Source: Mobula hypostoma
Taxonomy: Eukaryota
Length of the DNA: 64,000 bases
Assembly (NCBI RefSeq): GCF_963921235.1
Contig: NC_086100.1
Span: 204,478,001-204,542,000 of the forward strand
Direction: 5' to 3'
Within the stretch, counting starts at the first letter, position 1, and each line of letters opens with the position of its first letter. This document shows, piece by piece, positions 38,666 to 52,108 of the stretch. The notes under the pieces are model-generated. The model saw only the letters and a program-made list of their open reading frames with translations, was not told the origin of the DNA and did not search any database. Both the position numbers and the translations under genes were made by a program.

Positions 38666-38881
38666 AAACAACAGGAATTCTGCAGATGCTGGAAATTCAA
38701 GCAACATACATCAAAGTTGCTGGTGAACGCAGCAGGCCAAGCAGCATCTATAGGAAGAGGCGCAGTCGACGTTTCAGGCCGAGACCCTTCGTCAGGACCT
38801 CGGCCTGAAATGTCGACTGCGCCTCTTCCTATAGATGCTGCTTGGCCTGCTGCGTTCACCAGCAACTTTGATGTATGTTGC
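38666..38881. mobile_element. Palindromic mini-Penelope (head-to-head termini) with a hammerhead motif at 38764-38798 (-)
   Basis: Arms of ~85 bp are near-perfectly inverted. 15-bp TSD TTATCAGGATCTTGT at 38651-38665 and 38882-38896. Confidence 0.85.
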
Positions 38882-38939
38882 TTATCAGGATCTTGTCTGG
38901 ATTAGAGGGCATGAGCTGTAACGCGAGGTTGCACAAACT

Positions 38940-39580
38940 TGCTCTGCCCGCGGTGCGGTCACGTGATCCCGTTCGCCCCTCCCATTTAACCACAGATGGG
39001 CAGCATCAGCGCGTCTGTATACGAAGCCACGCCCTCCGGAGACGCAACGTTCACTTCGCGCATGCTCACTCTCTCCGGGTGTGCGGTGTTTCCGCTCAGT
39101 GCCGAAGCGGCTCTTCTGCAGGATCGGGAAAGGATCCTCGCCTCTTGGGTGGGTTGCCGGGGGTCAGGATCACTGTCTGCGGGCCGAAGGTATAACTTTC
39201 CCATCGGTGAGTATTGAGACCAATCCCAAGCGGGGAGATCTGATGTTGGCCGGGAGCCTCGAACTGAGGGCTAATTACTCATTTATTTTCCAGTTATCTG
39301 AGCTCGTCACCAATGTGCAGACTTTACTTATTCTGCATTGAACGATCCAAACCAGAACCCCAGGCCGTCCATTTCCGCAGAATTGAAATGGAAGTCCCGC
39401 CAACAGGTCACCTGAGCCTGTGTGCCGCGGATCTGCCCCGCCCTCCGCTCTGTGACGCAAGATCACGTGGTCTCCATACAGTCCGCGGAAGGGTGGTGAT
39501 GCTTCCTCCACGGTGTGTTGGGGAAATCTGATGTTGGCCACTGAGTCCCGTTAACTTCCCCCAACTCGCCTCGCTTCCTG
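38940..39580 (+). promoter_or_regulatory. CpG-island-like promoter and candidate first exon
   Basis: E-box GTCACGTGA 38958, GCCACGCCC 39026, NRF1-like GCGCATGCTCA 39058, donor CG|GTGAGT 39206/7, second CACGTG ~39464. Confidence 0.55.
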
Positions 39581-41847
39581 AGCCTCCTCACATTTGTCCT
39601 TGAGCTTTATGGCTGTTGTGTCTTCTCCCGGATTGGGGTGGGTGAGAAAGGAGAATATCCCAGGTTGTGGGGATCATTGATTTCAGTGCTTGCTTTACCG
39701 AGGGACTGGGAAGCCTGGGGGGGAGAATGGTTTCAGTGATGTGCTGATCTGTATCCAAAGGTCTCTGCAGTTTCTCGCAGTCACGGGCAGAGCAGTTACC
39801 ATAAAAAAGCATGACGTAACCAGATGGGAAACTTTCTATGGTATGTTGATAGGGTCCTCAGCACCTTAGTCGTAAGTGGGTGAGGATCAAAGTATACAGC
39901 AAAGTTCTTGTTGTTTGTTATAATTTTGTCATTTTAGAATATTTTATACAGTAGTGTGTACGATTAATTCAGTATCTGTGTATTTCTGGAGGACCATCAG
40001 TGATTGTCCTCAATCCCATCTCCCACCTGGTTCCATCTGCTTATCCCTGCAAATCTGGTTCAACCTCTGTCCAGACTCCTAACCCCAACTTCCCACCCCC
40101 CCACCACTTCAGTGATATACATCAACCATCCGGGTCAACCTCGGTCCACCCTTTATCCCACCACCTCAATGTTAAAGATCAGCAATCTTTCTTCTAACCC
40201 TTGTCTTCATTGTGAACTATTCTTTTACACGTATGGCCTTGCTGAGTAGTTAACAGAATCGTTTTTTGTTAGCTGGAATGCCAGAGGATCATCAGGTACC
40301 AGTTCTGTTGTGCATTGGTCTGGAGGTGCTAGTTTTTGAACTGTGACTGGCTGACACACTACAGCATTTTACGGCAGCAAAGAGTACTGGGAGAGTTGGT
40401 GCTTGGGCTATAATCCTGTGATCTATATTCCAGGCATATGGAACTGTCGGTGTTTTGGCTTTGACTTTGGTTAGTGCTTCTACAGATGGGGCTGGATGTT
40501 TATCCTTCTGCAATGAAGCAGAAATTTCGAGCAGCTGGACTTTGGTTGTGGGGAAATCCTGGATTTCACTACCCATTGTGAGATGTGGGGACGATGTGTG
40601 AGACCCTCAGGGTTGGTGAGTGGCAGATTCAGTTGTGTGACGCTCTGAGGTTGGATCCTGAGATATCACAGTTTTAGATCAAAGTAAAATGCACCTGGGC
40701 ATCGAGCTGCCCGGGTTTATGAGGTGTTGAGGGAGTACTTCTGGTCTGGGATCAGATGTTTGTTTCTGGAGTTCTTTTGAAAGCAATGACGGCTAATCTG
40801 AGGAGAGAAAGAGTTCTGTATTCCATTCCTCACAAGGGGAGGCTGTGATTAAATGGGCTGTTTTGTGTTTGCACCAGTAGAAATAGACCTGGGGGTTCAG
40901 TGTTTGGAAAACCCTCCTCACTGTCACCTGTCTCACAGGCAGTGGAAATCAAACAGAAGCTCAAGTTGCTGGAGATATGCACTAAAAATAGAAAATTCTG
41001 AATCCATTCTGACAAAGGATTGTGAACCTGAATCGTTAAGTTTGTTGTTCTCCCCACAGCAGTTCCTTACCTGTTGAGCAATTCTCGTGATTCCAGTATT
41101 TTCATTACATTCACTCTGGAATGGTTTAAATTTCCTGATTGTCTGTTATGCTTGGTGATGTGTTCAGTGCAGTTCTTGCTCACAAGGTTCATATGAATAA
41201 TCTCAGGAATGATCGGCTTTATGTACGAGGAACATTTGATGGTTATGGGGCTGTCCTCAGTTCAGACTGGGGGGGCGGTGAAAGGGGGTGTGTGGTTAAG
41301 TGAACCTACTGAATGCTGAAAAGCCTGGATACAGTGGACTTGGGAGGATGGTTTCATTAGACGGAGAGTCTGTGATCTGACAGCACACTCAGAATAAAGA
41401 TGCTTCCCTTTCAAACTGAGATGAGAAAAAATGTCTTCAGCCAAAAGATGGCTGATCTGTGGAATTTGTTGCCACAGAGGGTGGTTAAGGCTGTCATTTG
41501 GGTATATTTAGGGCAGAGATTAATATATTCATGATTGCTCAGTAGCTTCAGGGTTACAGGAGGAAGGCAGGAATACGGTGTTGTAATAAATATCAGCCAA
41601 GGTTGAGTGGTGCAGCAGACTCGATGGATCGAGTCACCTAATTCTGTTCCTACATCTTTTTTCTCACCATGACTGAACCATGACTCCTTGCTATCCCAAT
41701 CAGGTCTTGTGACATGTCGGGGACAATTACAGTTTTGTTCACTGAGATCATTATATTTGTCTTCAATGTTTAGATTTCAGTGAGCAGAAATATTTTGTTC
41801 TCCTTTGTATTGTTAACGTGCTTCATTATGTTTCATGTTAAAGTTAG

Positions 41848-42012
41848 GCCTGTGGTGAGAGATTTATTGGAAGAAGAACCCACAACTGGAAGCAAACCAG
41901 AACTGATGATGAGGGAACAGCAGCAAGTGAACCAGCCCGAGGACTGAGAGCACCAACTGTAGAGAACCATTCTGACTCAGGGTTTCCATTGATTCAATCA
42001 GGAGAAAGTTCG
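41848..42012 (+). other. Candidate internal exon of the plus-strand transcript
   Basis: T-rich run ending gttAG| and CG|GTGAGT donor; purine-rich body. Confidence 0.4.
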
Positions 42013-45000
42013 GTGAGTCTCATTTACTCAAACTCTGATCCTTTAGACATTACATTTCTGTACAAAGTAAGGTAGGAAATAGTTTTGGTGAGATTGAAAA
42101 TGCCCAGAAATACCAGTTATGTCTCTGTCAGACCCAGATGCAATCACTCCAGATCTGCTAATGTACTGTCAGTATCCCAGCTCTTTAATCTCACAGATAT
42201 TCCCTCAGTGTTTGCTCATTTGAAGAACTTGCATCTCCTGAAGTAGCTTTGGTCGGTTCTGAGTGTGGAGAGGGAAAGAGGGGTGTTTATATTACTATCT
42301 TCCAAAAAGAAGTAATTGCTTCAAATTGCTTGCTGCAAACTCACTCCCCATACCCTGTACATTCTCGACCAGATAATTGATTTAGATGACAAGTAGCAAT
42401 GGGCGTAACCCTGGGGAACTCCACGAGGCACTGGGTCCAACCATCCCAGACTCTGGGTTCTGTGACAAACACAATGTTAGCAGCAAGATTAGACGGTGAT
42501 TAATATAATTGCTTCCTGAAAGCTGTCTGATGCAATGGACCAGATCCTCCATTGCTTACAACGTAATCTGCCCTAGGACCCACCCTCTCAGGTCACACTG
42601 TGTCCGATAACCCACATCCCCAACCTCCCTCCATCCCACCAGTAGCCCCACAACTTTCCCACCATTTACCCCATACCCATACGTGTAAACAGATCACGTC
42701 ACTGACATCCACTCTCACAGCTTTCCCACTGCAATCGATCTTCGATTTACACAAACCCGAGATCAGCCCCTTCCTCATCGCCGCCCAACCAGGAGAATCG
42801 CCGACAACTGCTGGGATCGGCACTGTGCTGTGATTTGCAGGAGGTCCCCGCGGTGCCACCAGTGGCCGGAGGCCAGAGGGACAACATAGAGGATTTGGCT
42901 GTTCAGTTCTTTCACTGTGACACCCCCAAACTCTGCATAACTGTATCCAGCCAAATCTGGATGAACTTTAACAACCAAAAAATATAACTCCTCTCAACAA
43001 TCAGCTATCTGAATGATTCACTCACTTTTAGAGGAAGGGGTACCTACACTGTCGGGGTGTTTAGATTGCCGGGAGACAGGGACTGCAGGGACGAGAGGTC
43101 TTCTGTTAGCTGATATGGACCCGTCTTTACCCTGCTGGCAATTCCAGTTTATATTAGTAAAACTGTTGATTCTGAAAATACTAAACAACGAGACACTGCA
43201 CTGGCTGAACCACCCCGGACCAGATCACCCTGGAAAGTCCTCCTCAGAAACATTGGGGTTTTGTGATCCAACCCGAGACAAGCACCACACCGCCCACTCT
43301 ACGGACAACATGGCAGAGCAGGGTATCTTGCAGTGGACTTTAAATCACACAATGTTGGATTCATTGATAAAAACTGTTGTTTCCTTTGTTCACCCCCTGA
43401 AATCATTAAAACTGTCCATTAAACAGTTTTTGAATACAAACTCACACCCACATATGATGTCATTCTGGTACCCCTACATAAAACCATAAAACATAGGAGC
43501 AAAGTTAGGCCATTTGGCCCATCGCACCTGTTCTGCGATTTAATCATTCCTGTTCCAATTTTCCTCAGTCCCGGTCTCCTTCCTTCTCCCTGTAACCCGA
43601 CATCAGTCAAGAATCTAGCGACCTCTGCCTTTGATACTCATAAATACCTGTCCTTCACAGCTGCCCGTGGCAAAGGATTCCACAGATTGACCACTCTCTG
43701 GCTAAAGAAATTCCCCCTCATCTCATTTCTAAAAGAATGCCCCTCTATCCCCTTTAATATGAGGCTTTGTCCTCTGGTACTGGACTTTCCCAATACAGGA
43801 AACATCCTCTCCACATCCACTCGATCAAGGCCATTCACCATTCGATAGGATTCAATGCAATCATATGCTCTTCATATGACAGGCCATTCAATTCTGTACT
43901 CATTGTCATAAACCTCCTTTGAACGCCCTCCAGTGTCAGCACATCCTTTCTGAGATAAGGGGTGCAAAACTGCTGAGAATAAGCCAAGAGCTTTATAAAG
44001 TCTCAACGTTACATTAACACAAGGTGGTTAATAAAAGGAAAAAAAATCGAAGATACATGAAATACAAACAGACAAGGCAGCAATTGCAGAAAATGCCAAG
44101 AGAAACCAGAAACAATCCAACACATTCCAGGATCCTGCAGCAGTTTAACTCAATCTGATTACTTACAAAGGTACAATCAGGTGTAAATATCATTCACCAA
44201 AATCTTGCTTTAAGATACAAACTCATGAATGCCCTTCATCACTTCATAAAGCCACCATAAATTCAAGCCTGATCCAGTTTTAGAGTCAAAATCTTACAAA
44301 TTATATCATAATTAATACAATATTTCATATAGGACAATCCATAATAATCATCCAGATATAATATTACGGGATAAACAAGCAGGAACAACTCCCTCAGTAG
44401 ATAAAACCATTCCCAACACACACATGTTCCTCAACCAGTGGAGCACCTCACCAGGGGTACTGTTTGTGTCATCAGTCAGACAACCGAATTATTTCCTCTG
44501 TCAATCAGCTTCCAAATGTTGCTACTCTGTCATTCATTGCCACGCCCTGCTGCTGATTCCCTTCTCCTCATCATATGTTCTTACCCCAACCATCGTCCAG
44601 AGCCAAAACTCTGCCCTGTGCAGAACCGCCTCTGGTTTCTGACCCTCCTTCATTGAACATCGAACAGATGGTTTCTCATTCTGCTTTCAGTCTTTAGAGG
44701 ACAGTGGTGTTTTATAACAACCCTTTGGAAGCAGGGAAAATGACCCATAATGTGGAAATAAGCCGTGAATAAGGAGGTTAACTACCAATCTGATTCTTCC
44801 TCAGCCCAGAGATTTGAGGGGCGAAGAATATGTCAGCCAAAAGTGCAGTCAGCTCGACTTCTTCACTCTGCAGGAAATTCAAGGGAAACCTCTTCATCCA
44901 CAGAGTGGTGACTGTTTGGCACCCATCACCACAGGGAGAGGGAGAGGGGAACAACAGAGGAGGATTTAAAAGGACTGTCGTGGACTTCTGGTTGGCGGTG

Positions 45001-46673
45001 GATGGAATAGCGGCATTTTACAGCCGTTACCAGTTTACTTTACTTTTCCTACTTTCCAACCTGATCTGACACTATGACTACGAGAACTGCTAAAGGTAAA
45101 AAAAGAAGATTCTTCTACATCTTTGGATTATATTAATGATTCGATGCAAAAGCACAGAAAGGAAGCGTCCGAGGAATTGCAGCGATTCAGAAAGGAATCC
45201 TCCGAAGAGTTTCAACAACTTGGCTCTGAAATTAAACAATTAAGCACCAAACTGGATTCAATTCAAGAAACACCAAATGAGCACGGTAAATGAATAAAAG
45301 AGAATGAAGAAACCTTGTCGATTCTGGGTGAGAAAATGGACGACCTGCAAAAGCGTTATGAGAATCAATCCAAGGTTAATGACGAACTAAGGCAGAGGAT
45401 TATTGACTTGGAAAACAGAAGTAGAAGGAATAACGTACGAATTCTTGGTCTTGAAGAGTTAACTGAAGGCGATCATCCAACGGAATTTTTTGCAAACTTT
45501 CTGGTTCAGTTATTTCCTGATATTTTAAAATGAGCACCAATGATCCACCGAGCGCACAGGATACCTGGGAACAGAATGTTTACAAGCAAACCTCGCTCAG
45601 TGTTAATCGCTTTTCATGAGTTTCAAAGGACCGTGTAATTTGTGATTCTCATCGGAAAGGTATGATTGATTTTAATGAAAAAATGATTAGAGTCGTTGAA
45701 GATTTCTCAGCAGAGATTATGAGGGAACGTGCTAAATTCAAAAGTGTCATGTCAGAGCTCTACAAAAAAGATTTTAAACCTTCCTTACGGTACCCGGCGA
45801 AGCTCAGAATTACACTGCAGGATGGATCGCAAAAATGGTTCAGTTCCGAGTTTCCAGGCTCAGGAATATTTAAAGTCTGTAAAGTGACTGCTTATTATTT
45901 GTTACATGAATAACTTTTTATTTTACATTTGCTAAACTTTGTACTTAACTCTTTCTTTTTGAACTTTCTAAGGATTTATTTTGAGAATAAGACTTTGTTA
46001 AGTTGAAAAGTGTCATGTTGGAGATGTTTAACAAATACTCACATGAATAATTGTGTATTTTGCCTCTGGTGAATCTTGTAGTCAATTTTCTTTCAGAACC
46101 TCTTAAGGTTTTACTTTGAGATTAAGATTTTAATGAGCAAATATTCTGTGTGTTCGTATTATTTTATAACATACTTACTTTTCGAGAGTTTTTTTCTGAT
46201 ACCAGAATTAACCGTCTCTTTATTATCTGTTGTTTTGACTAGGTTGGAATATTCTAACCTTGTAATTTATTTGGAGCTAAGCCAGCAGGATTTTTGGAGG
46301 GATGTCGTCATTAGTTGTAGGCATCGACTTTCTTTGGTCGACTTTCTCTCTTGGGGGGGGGGGAGGTGTTTGGGTTTTTTTTCTTGGAAGCTGTTTGGGA
46401 TTTTTAGTCAAACCTGTTGTTTGGTTTTCTTATCTCATATGTCATTGTTTAGTTTTATTAATCTTTTTAAGGATTATCCTTTTAAATTCTTTTTAAAATA
46501 ATAATGAAATGGATTATAATATAAATTACTTAGTCTTAACATGAAATGATTAAATCATCCTTTGAAACAAAATAAAATTTTTGCCTATATTAAAAAAAAT
46601 AAGGTCCCAATTATTTTTTTTACAAGAAACACACGTACGTAATTCTGATAACTCACGCCTTTTTAGCCAATAG

Positions 46674-48094
46674 TGTCACAACGGGGGCGTTGGGAACAGA
46701 CCCAAATGCAAGACACAGACACTGAGGTACAAGGAACAGGACTTGACTAGAGTAGGGACGTGACAGGATACAGACAAGGAGCAGGGACAAGACCGGAGAC
46801 TTGGGCTTGGACCGAGCCAGAGACTGGACAAGGACCCAGAACCTGGGTCTTGCTTCAGGCTCGGGCCCCAGAACCAAGCGAGGACATGACAGGACTGCAG
46901 GACTGGAGGCTGGGGTCTAGAGGCTTGAGGGTTAGAGACAGGCTTGGGATCTTGAGGCTTGGAGTCAGGCTTGGGGTCTTGAGGCTTGGAGACAGGCTTA
47001 GGGTCTTGAGGCTTAAGGCTTGGAGATGGGCTTGATGTATTCAGGCTTGAGGCTTGGAGACAGGTTTGAAGTTTTGAGGCTTGAGGCTTGGATACAAGCT
47101 TGGGGTCATGAGCCTTGAAGCTTGGAGACAGGCTTGGTGTCTTGAGCCTTGAGCTTGGAGACAGGCTTAGGGTCTTGGGTCTCGGGTCTGGGGTACTTCG
47201 AGGCTTGCATATGGACTCCGAGCCAGAGACTGGGCAAGGACCCAGAACTTGGAACTTGACTCTGCCTCGGACTCCAGAACTAGGCGAGGACAAGACGAGG
47301 CTACAGGACTGGACATGGCTTGTGTGGGGAACTCCTGGGTAAGGTGAGACACAAGGACAGGTAAAGGCACATGGACAGGACTCGGATAGGACTGGACTAG
47401 GCATGGACTGGACGAGGGCCTACAGGAGCATGGAGCCTTGGACTAGAAGAGGTGGGAGCACGGGACACAGAGCCGGGACCCCTCCTTGGGAACAGGACAT
47501 AGGGCTGGGACTCATACACAGAACACTGAACATGAAGAGACGGATCCCAACACAAGGTGGCGGCAAACGCCGGAGCCACCTAGCGAAGGCGTGGACACAG
47601 AGACAGTTCCCAACACTAGGTAGCGGCAAATGGCCAGACCTACCTAGCGAAGGCATGGACACAGAGAGACAATTTCAGACAACGAAAAACAGTTCCTGAT
47701 CTTGAACTGACAAGGTTCCAGTCTTGCTCTGGTGACAAAACTTCAGCGATACAGGCAGGATATACAGGTGGAGTATCCAGGCTAAGTGAGCAGGCAGAGA
47801 GTCAGGTGAGGTATCCAAGCAGAGAGTCAGGCAAGGTATCCAGGCAGAGAGTCAGGTGAGGTATCCAGGCAAAGAGTCAGGCGAGGTGAGCAGGCAGAGA
47901 GTCAAGCGAGGGGGGAAAGGACAGGGAGGGGAACAGAACAGTCCAGCACGGAATCCCTGATTTGCAGAGGTATTTATGTCTCAGCCCCAAAACGAGAATC
48001 ATGTGCCTACAACAAAAACTGGGGAAAACCAGAAACCCTGAAATAAGGAACTATGGACTGGACAGTGAACCGGAATACGGACCAGACCGTGACA
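46674..48094 (-). mobile_element. Solo LTR-like element (1.4 kb) with internal ~27-bp and ~20-bp tandem repeats
   Basis: TGTCAC...GTGACA termini; interrupts the L1 endonuclease; degenerate TSD AATAG/GATGG. Confidence 0.65.
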
Positions 48095-49230
48095 GATGGA
48101 GAGTATTGCACTTTCATTCAAGCTTTCAGGCCAAAGCAAGAGGTGTTTAGATTTTTATAGAAAATACAGTTCCTTTTGTTCAACACAGGGTTGTTTCTGA
48201 TACTAATTGACTATTTGTTATAGTATCAGGGAAGTTAGAGAATAAATTGTTGGTATTTGCCAATGTTTATGCCCCAAATATAGATGATCCAGGACTCTTG
48301 AGCGATTTTTTTTTCGTTTTTGCATGATCTGAGTGTGTATTCATTAGTGATGGCTGGAGACTGTAATTGCTGGTTAGACCTAGTTTTAGATCGGTCCTCT
48401 TCTAAACCAGTGACACTTAATAAATCAGCTTTGTTTATCCATTCATTTTTAACGAAATGTGAATGTTTTACCTAAATTTATATATTTCTTTCAGGCGTTA
48501 CCCATTTTTATTCCTAAATCCTTTTCTGACTCTCTGGACTCTGTTTTATCCTCCTACATATGGAAAAATAAACATCGTCAACTGAATAAAGTCCATCTCC
48601 AGAAAGTTAAAAAGAATGGAGGTTTAGCCTTACCAAATTTTAGGTTTTATTACTGGGCAGCTAATACAGTATACGGAATCTCACGTTTTGGTTATACTAC
48701 ATTAATCACGAGGACTGTCCCAGGTGGGTTTCTTTAGAAGCTAAGTCGGTTAATAAATTTTCTCTTATCTCCCTATTGGGATCTTCACTTCCTTTATCCT
48801 TAAGTAAGATAACTGAAAATGTGGTAGACAAGCACACTTTGAGGATTTGGATACAATTTAGAAAACACTTTGGTTTATTGAGATTCTCCCTTTCTAGTCC
48901 CATTTATTAAAATTATTTTTTAAGCCTTCTATGACTGATGTAGTCTTTAAACAATGGGAAAGATTGGGCATTACATGCTTCCGGGATCTGTTTGTGTGAG
49001 GAAGTCTTTCTTCGTTTGAACAATTGTCAACTAAATAAAGTTTACCAAAACCCCACTTTTTTCGGTACTTACAAATTAGAGATTTTCTGTGATTTCAATT
49101 ATATACATTTCCTAATAGACCTGATAAGAACGTATTAGATGAAAATCTTAATATGGAACTATTCTATAATGGTTCAATATCCAATATTTATGATATGTTG
49201 CTGGGAATGAGAAATGATTCTTTATACAAG

Positions 49231-50070
49231 TGTCACGTGACTGGCAACAATGAATATAGAATTGAATTGAGTCAGGATTTATAAAAACAATCAAACATTT
49301 ATTAAACTCTGCTCAATATTAAAAAAAAATCTTAACCGGAAGTAAACTGCTATGTGGCCATTTAACAAACCGCCACTCAGTTTCAGTTCTTAAAGAGATA
49401 AATGCGAAAACAGTTCTTAAAGTGGTAAATTCGAACAGTTTGTAGAATGGTAAGTTTGAAAGTCCAAGAGATTTATACAGTCAATTAGGAGAGACTTTCC
49501 TGAAGCAAAGAATTCCTCAAAGACACGACGTCACTGCCGCTCCCAGCCAGATCCTGCCATGTCCGTAGGATTCACGATGACGGAAATAAAACAGTTTGAA
49601 GGCACTGACATTCCCTCTGGATAACAGATTCTGCATAGCCTTTTCTGCCACTTTTAGCAGAGGCTATCTCATGCAGATCACTCTTTCTTGAATGAATTCA
49701 ATAATGGTCGATCCTTTCAACTGTCGAACGACTCCTTCAGGGTCCTGTTTTCACTCTCCAATATTACTGAAAAGATACATCAACAAACCTGGCAGAAAGT
49801 GGTCAAACTGCCGGTCCAGCACTTTTGTACCTTACAATAGAACGTAAAACTCAATTTTAAATTGAAACTGCGCCATAAGGCAAATATGCAATGGAGCGGA
49901 GTCTCTAGCTAACGTTCTAACTGGAAAACCCAGGGGTCTCCTTTTATACCCGTGGTGAACATGTCATCACGTGACCTCACGTCGGCAGGAAAATTATATC
50001 AGGTGATCTCCAAAAGACCATTACATCATCCTCATAAGACAGTCACAAGATATCCATGAGGTATGTAACA
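49231..50070 (-). mobile_element. Solo LTR (840 bp)
   Basis: TG...CA, perfect CAAG TSD, minus-strand TATAAAA ~49945 and AATAAA ~49300. Confidence 0.8.
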
Positions 50071-50131
50071 CAAGATTAAAAATCTTTGGGAACAAGATTT
50101 ACAGACCTCAATTTCTGAAGAAATTTGGAAT

Positions 50132-50771
50132 AGAAACATAGAAACATAGAAAATAGGTGCAGGAGTAGGCCATTCGGCCCTTCGAGCCTGCACCGCCATT
50201 CAGTATGATCAAGGCTGATCATCCAACTCAGAACCCTGTACCAGCCTTCCCTCCATACCCCCTGATCCCTTTAACCACCATGGCCATATCTAACTCCCTC
50301 TTAAATATAGCCAATGAACTGGCCTCAACTGTTTCCTGTGGCAGAGAATTCCACAGATTCACCACTCTCTGTGTGAAGAAGTTTTTCCTAATCTCGGTCC
50401 TAAAAGGCTTCCCCTTTATCCTCAAACTGTGACCCCTCGTTCTGGACTTCCCCAACATCGGGAACAATCTTCCTGCATCTAGCCTGTCCAATCCCTTTAG
50501 GATTTTATACGTTTCAATCAGATCCCCCCTCAATCTTCCAAATTCCAACGAGTATAAGCCTAGTTCAGCCAGTCTTTCATCATATGAAAGCCCTGCCATC
50601 CCAGGAATCAATCTGGTGAACCTTCTCTGCACTCCCTCTATGGCAAGGATGTCTTTCCTCAGATTAGGGGACCAAAACTGCACACAATACTCCAGGTGTG
50701 GTCTCACCAAGGCCTTGTACAACTGCAGTAGTACCTCCCTGCTCCTGTACTCGAATCCTCTTGCTATAAAT
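50132..50771 (-). mobile_element. Young 5'-truncated CR1, same subfamily as 8371-9558
   Basis: RPHLEYCVQFWSP...VVNLWNSLP; (ATAGAAAC)n tail. Confidence 0.9.
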
Positions 50772-52108
50772 GAGATTTTTAAATTGGTTAATACTTCATC
50801 GCTATGTGCTCGTCATTCCCTCCTACAATTCAAAGTGGTTCATAGGGCTTATATGACCAAGGATAAGTTATCTCGTTTTTATATGGATATATCTCCCTAC
50901 TGTGATAGGTGTAACAATGGAGAAGCTTCACTTGTTCATATGTTTTGGACATGCCCAAGTCTTGGAAAATATTGGAAGGAAGCATTCCAAACTTTTACTG
51001 TACTCCTTAAAGTAAAATTTAAGCCTAATCCTTTGACTGACCTATTTGGTATTGTTGGAAGGAAAGATATCATTTTGAAGACATCTGATCTGCACATTCT
51101 GGCTTTTATTTCTCTTATGGCTAGAAGGACGCTTTTGTTGAAATGGAAGGATGCTGTCTTGCCTAATCATGCTCAGTGGTTACGGGATGTTATGGCATGC
51201 ATAAATTTAGAAAAGATACGTTGATCAATTCCTGAATCTAACCAAGATTTTCAAAAATTGTGGGGGCTGTTATTAAATTATTTTCATAATCTTTGACTTC
51301 TTGTTAAAATATAGAAGTTGGTTAATAGTGTATCTTATTATCTGATAAGTTTTTTTTTCTCTTTTTTTTTCCCAAACAGCTTCAACTTTGGTAGTGAGTC
51401 TAGAACCTTTTTTTTGAATAAATTCTTTATATTCTAATATACAAATTAATCTAATCCATATGAATATAGAGTAAGGAGTTCGTTAATGTAATTCAATATA
51501 CTGTATCTGGTATTATTATATTTTTTGTTTTGTTTTATAATATGTATTCTCTTGAACTCCGTATTCTTCTATATAGAAATCAATAAAAAATATTGGTAAA
51601 GAAAAGAACTGTCGAGGAACAGAATCACTGGCAGGGTCCAGCCTGCCTGAGTTGACTCTCTACTATACACTAGATGCGTTATAAATTCACTAAGTACTGA
51701 AGACAGATTTTAAAATAGAACTGACTTATTTCTCTCAGATCCAGAACATTAAACTCCAGTCCCATTAAAGGTGAATGTGCAGAAGAAACTCCTCCCATGC
51801 CTACTGACGAGGGTGCAGAACTGTGTGTGGTGAGCAGCAGCAATAATTGCAGAGTTCAGCATCGACAGTCACTCTCAAAATTGCATTCAGCAACAGGGAT
51901 GGACAAATATACAGCATGCAGCTTATTGAAACTTTCTCCCCAGTGTGAACCAGGTCATGTGTTACAAGGTTAGATGACTGAGTGAATCCCTTGCCATATT
52001 CACAGCAGGTAACAGCCTCTCCCCAGTGTGAACTCAATGATGCACATTTGGTTGATCTGGCTGACAGAATCTCTTTCCAATGTCTGGGCAGGTGAATGTC
52101 TGGCAGGT

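Larger units (their letters stand above)
44975..51608 (+). mobile_element. Decayed L1-clade LINE (ORF1 ~45074-45913; ORF2 with a large internal deletion) hosting three nested insertions
   Basis: LENRSRRNNVRILGL, LRYPAKLRI, LQETH, NVLPKFIY, GGLALPNFRFYYWA, CDRC...HMFWTC. AATAAA and A-rich tail at ~51582-51608. Confidence 0.88.

Noticed and set aside
46676..47404. 242-aa Pro/Ser-rich ORF or CRISPR-like array
   Set aside because: Produced by minisatellites; no unique spacers; eukaryotic context.
50616..51224. 202-aa ORF as a novel gene
   Set aside because: Chance fusion of antisense CR1 and the L1 ORF2 C-terminus.
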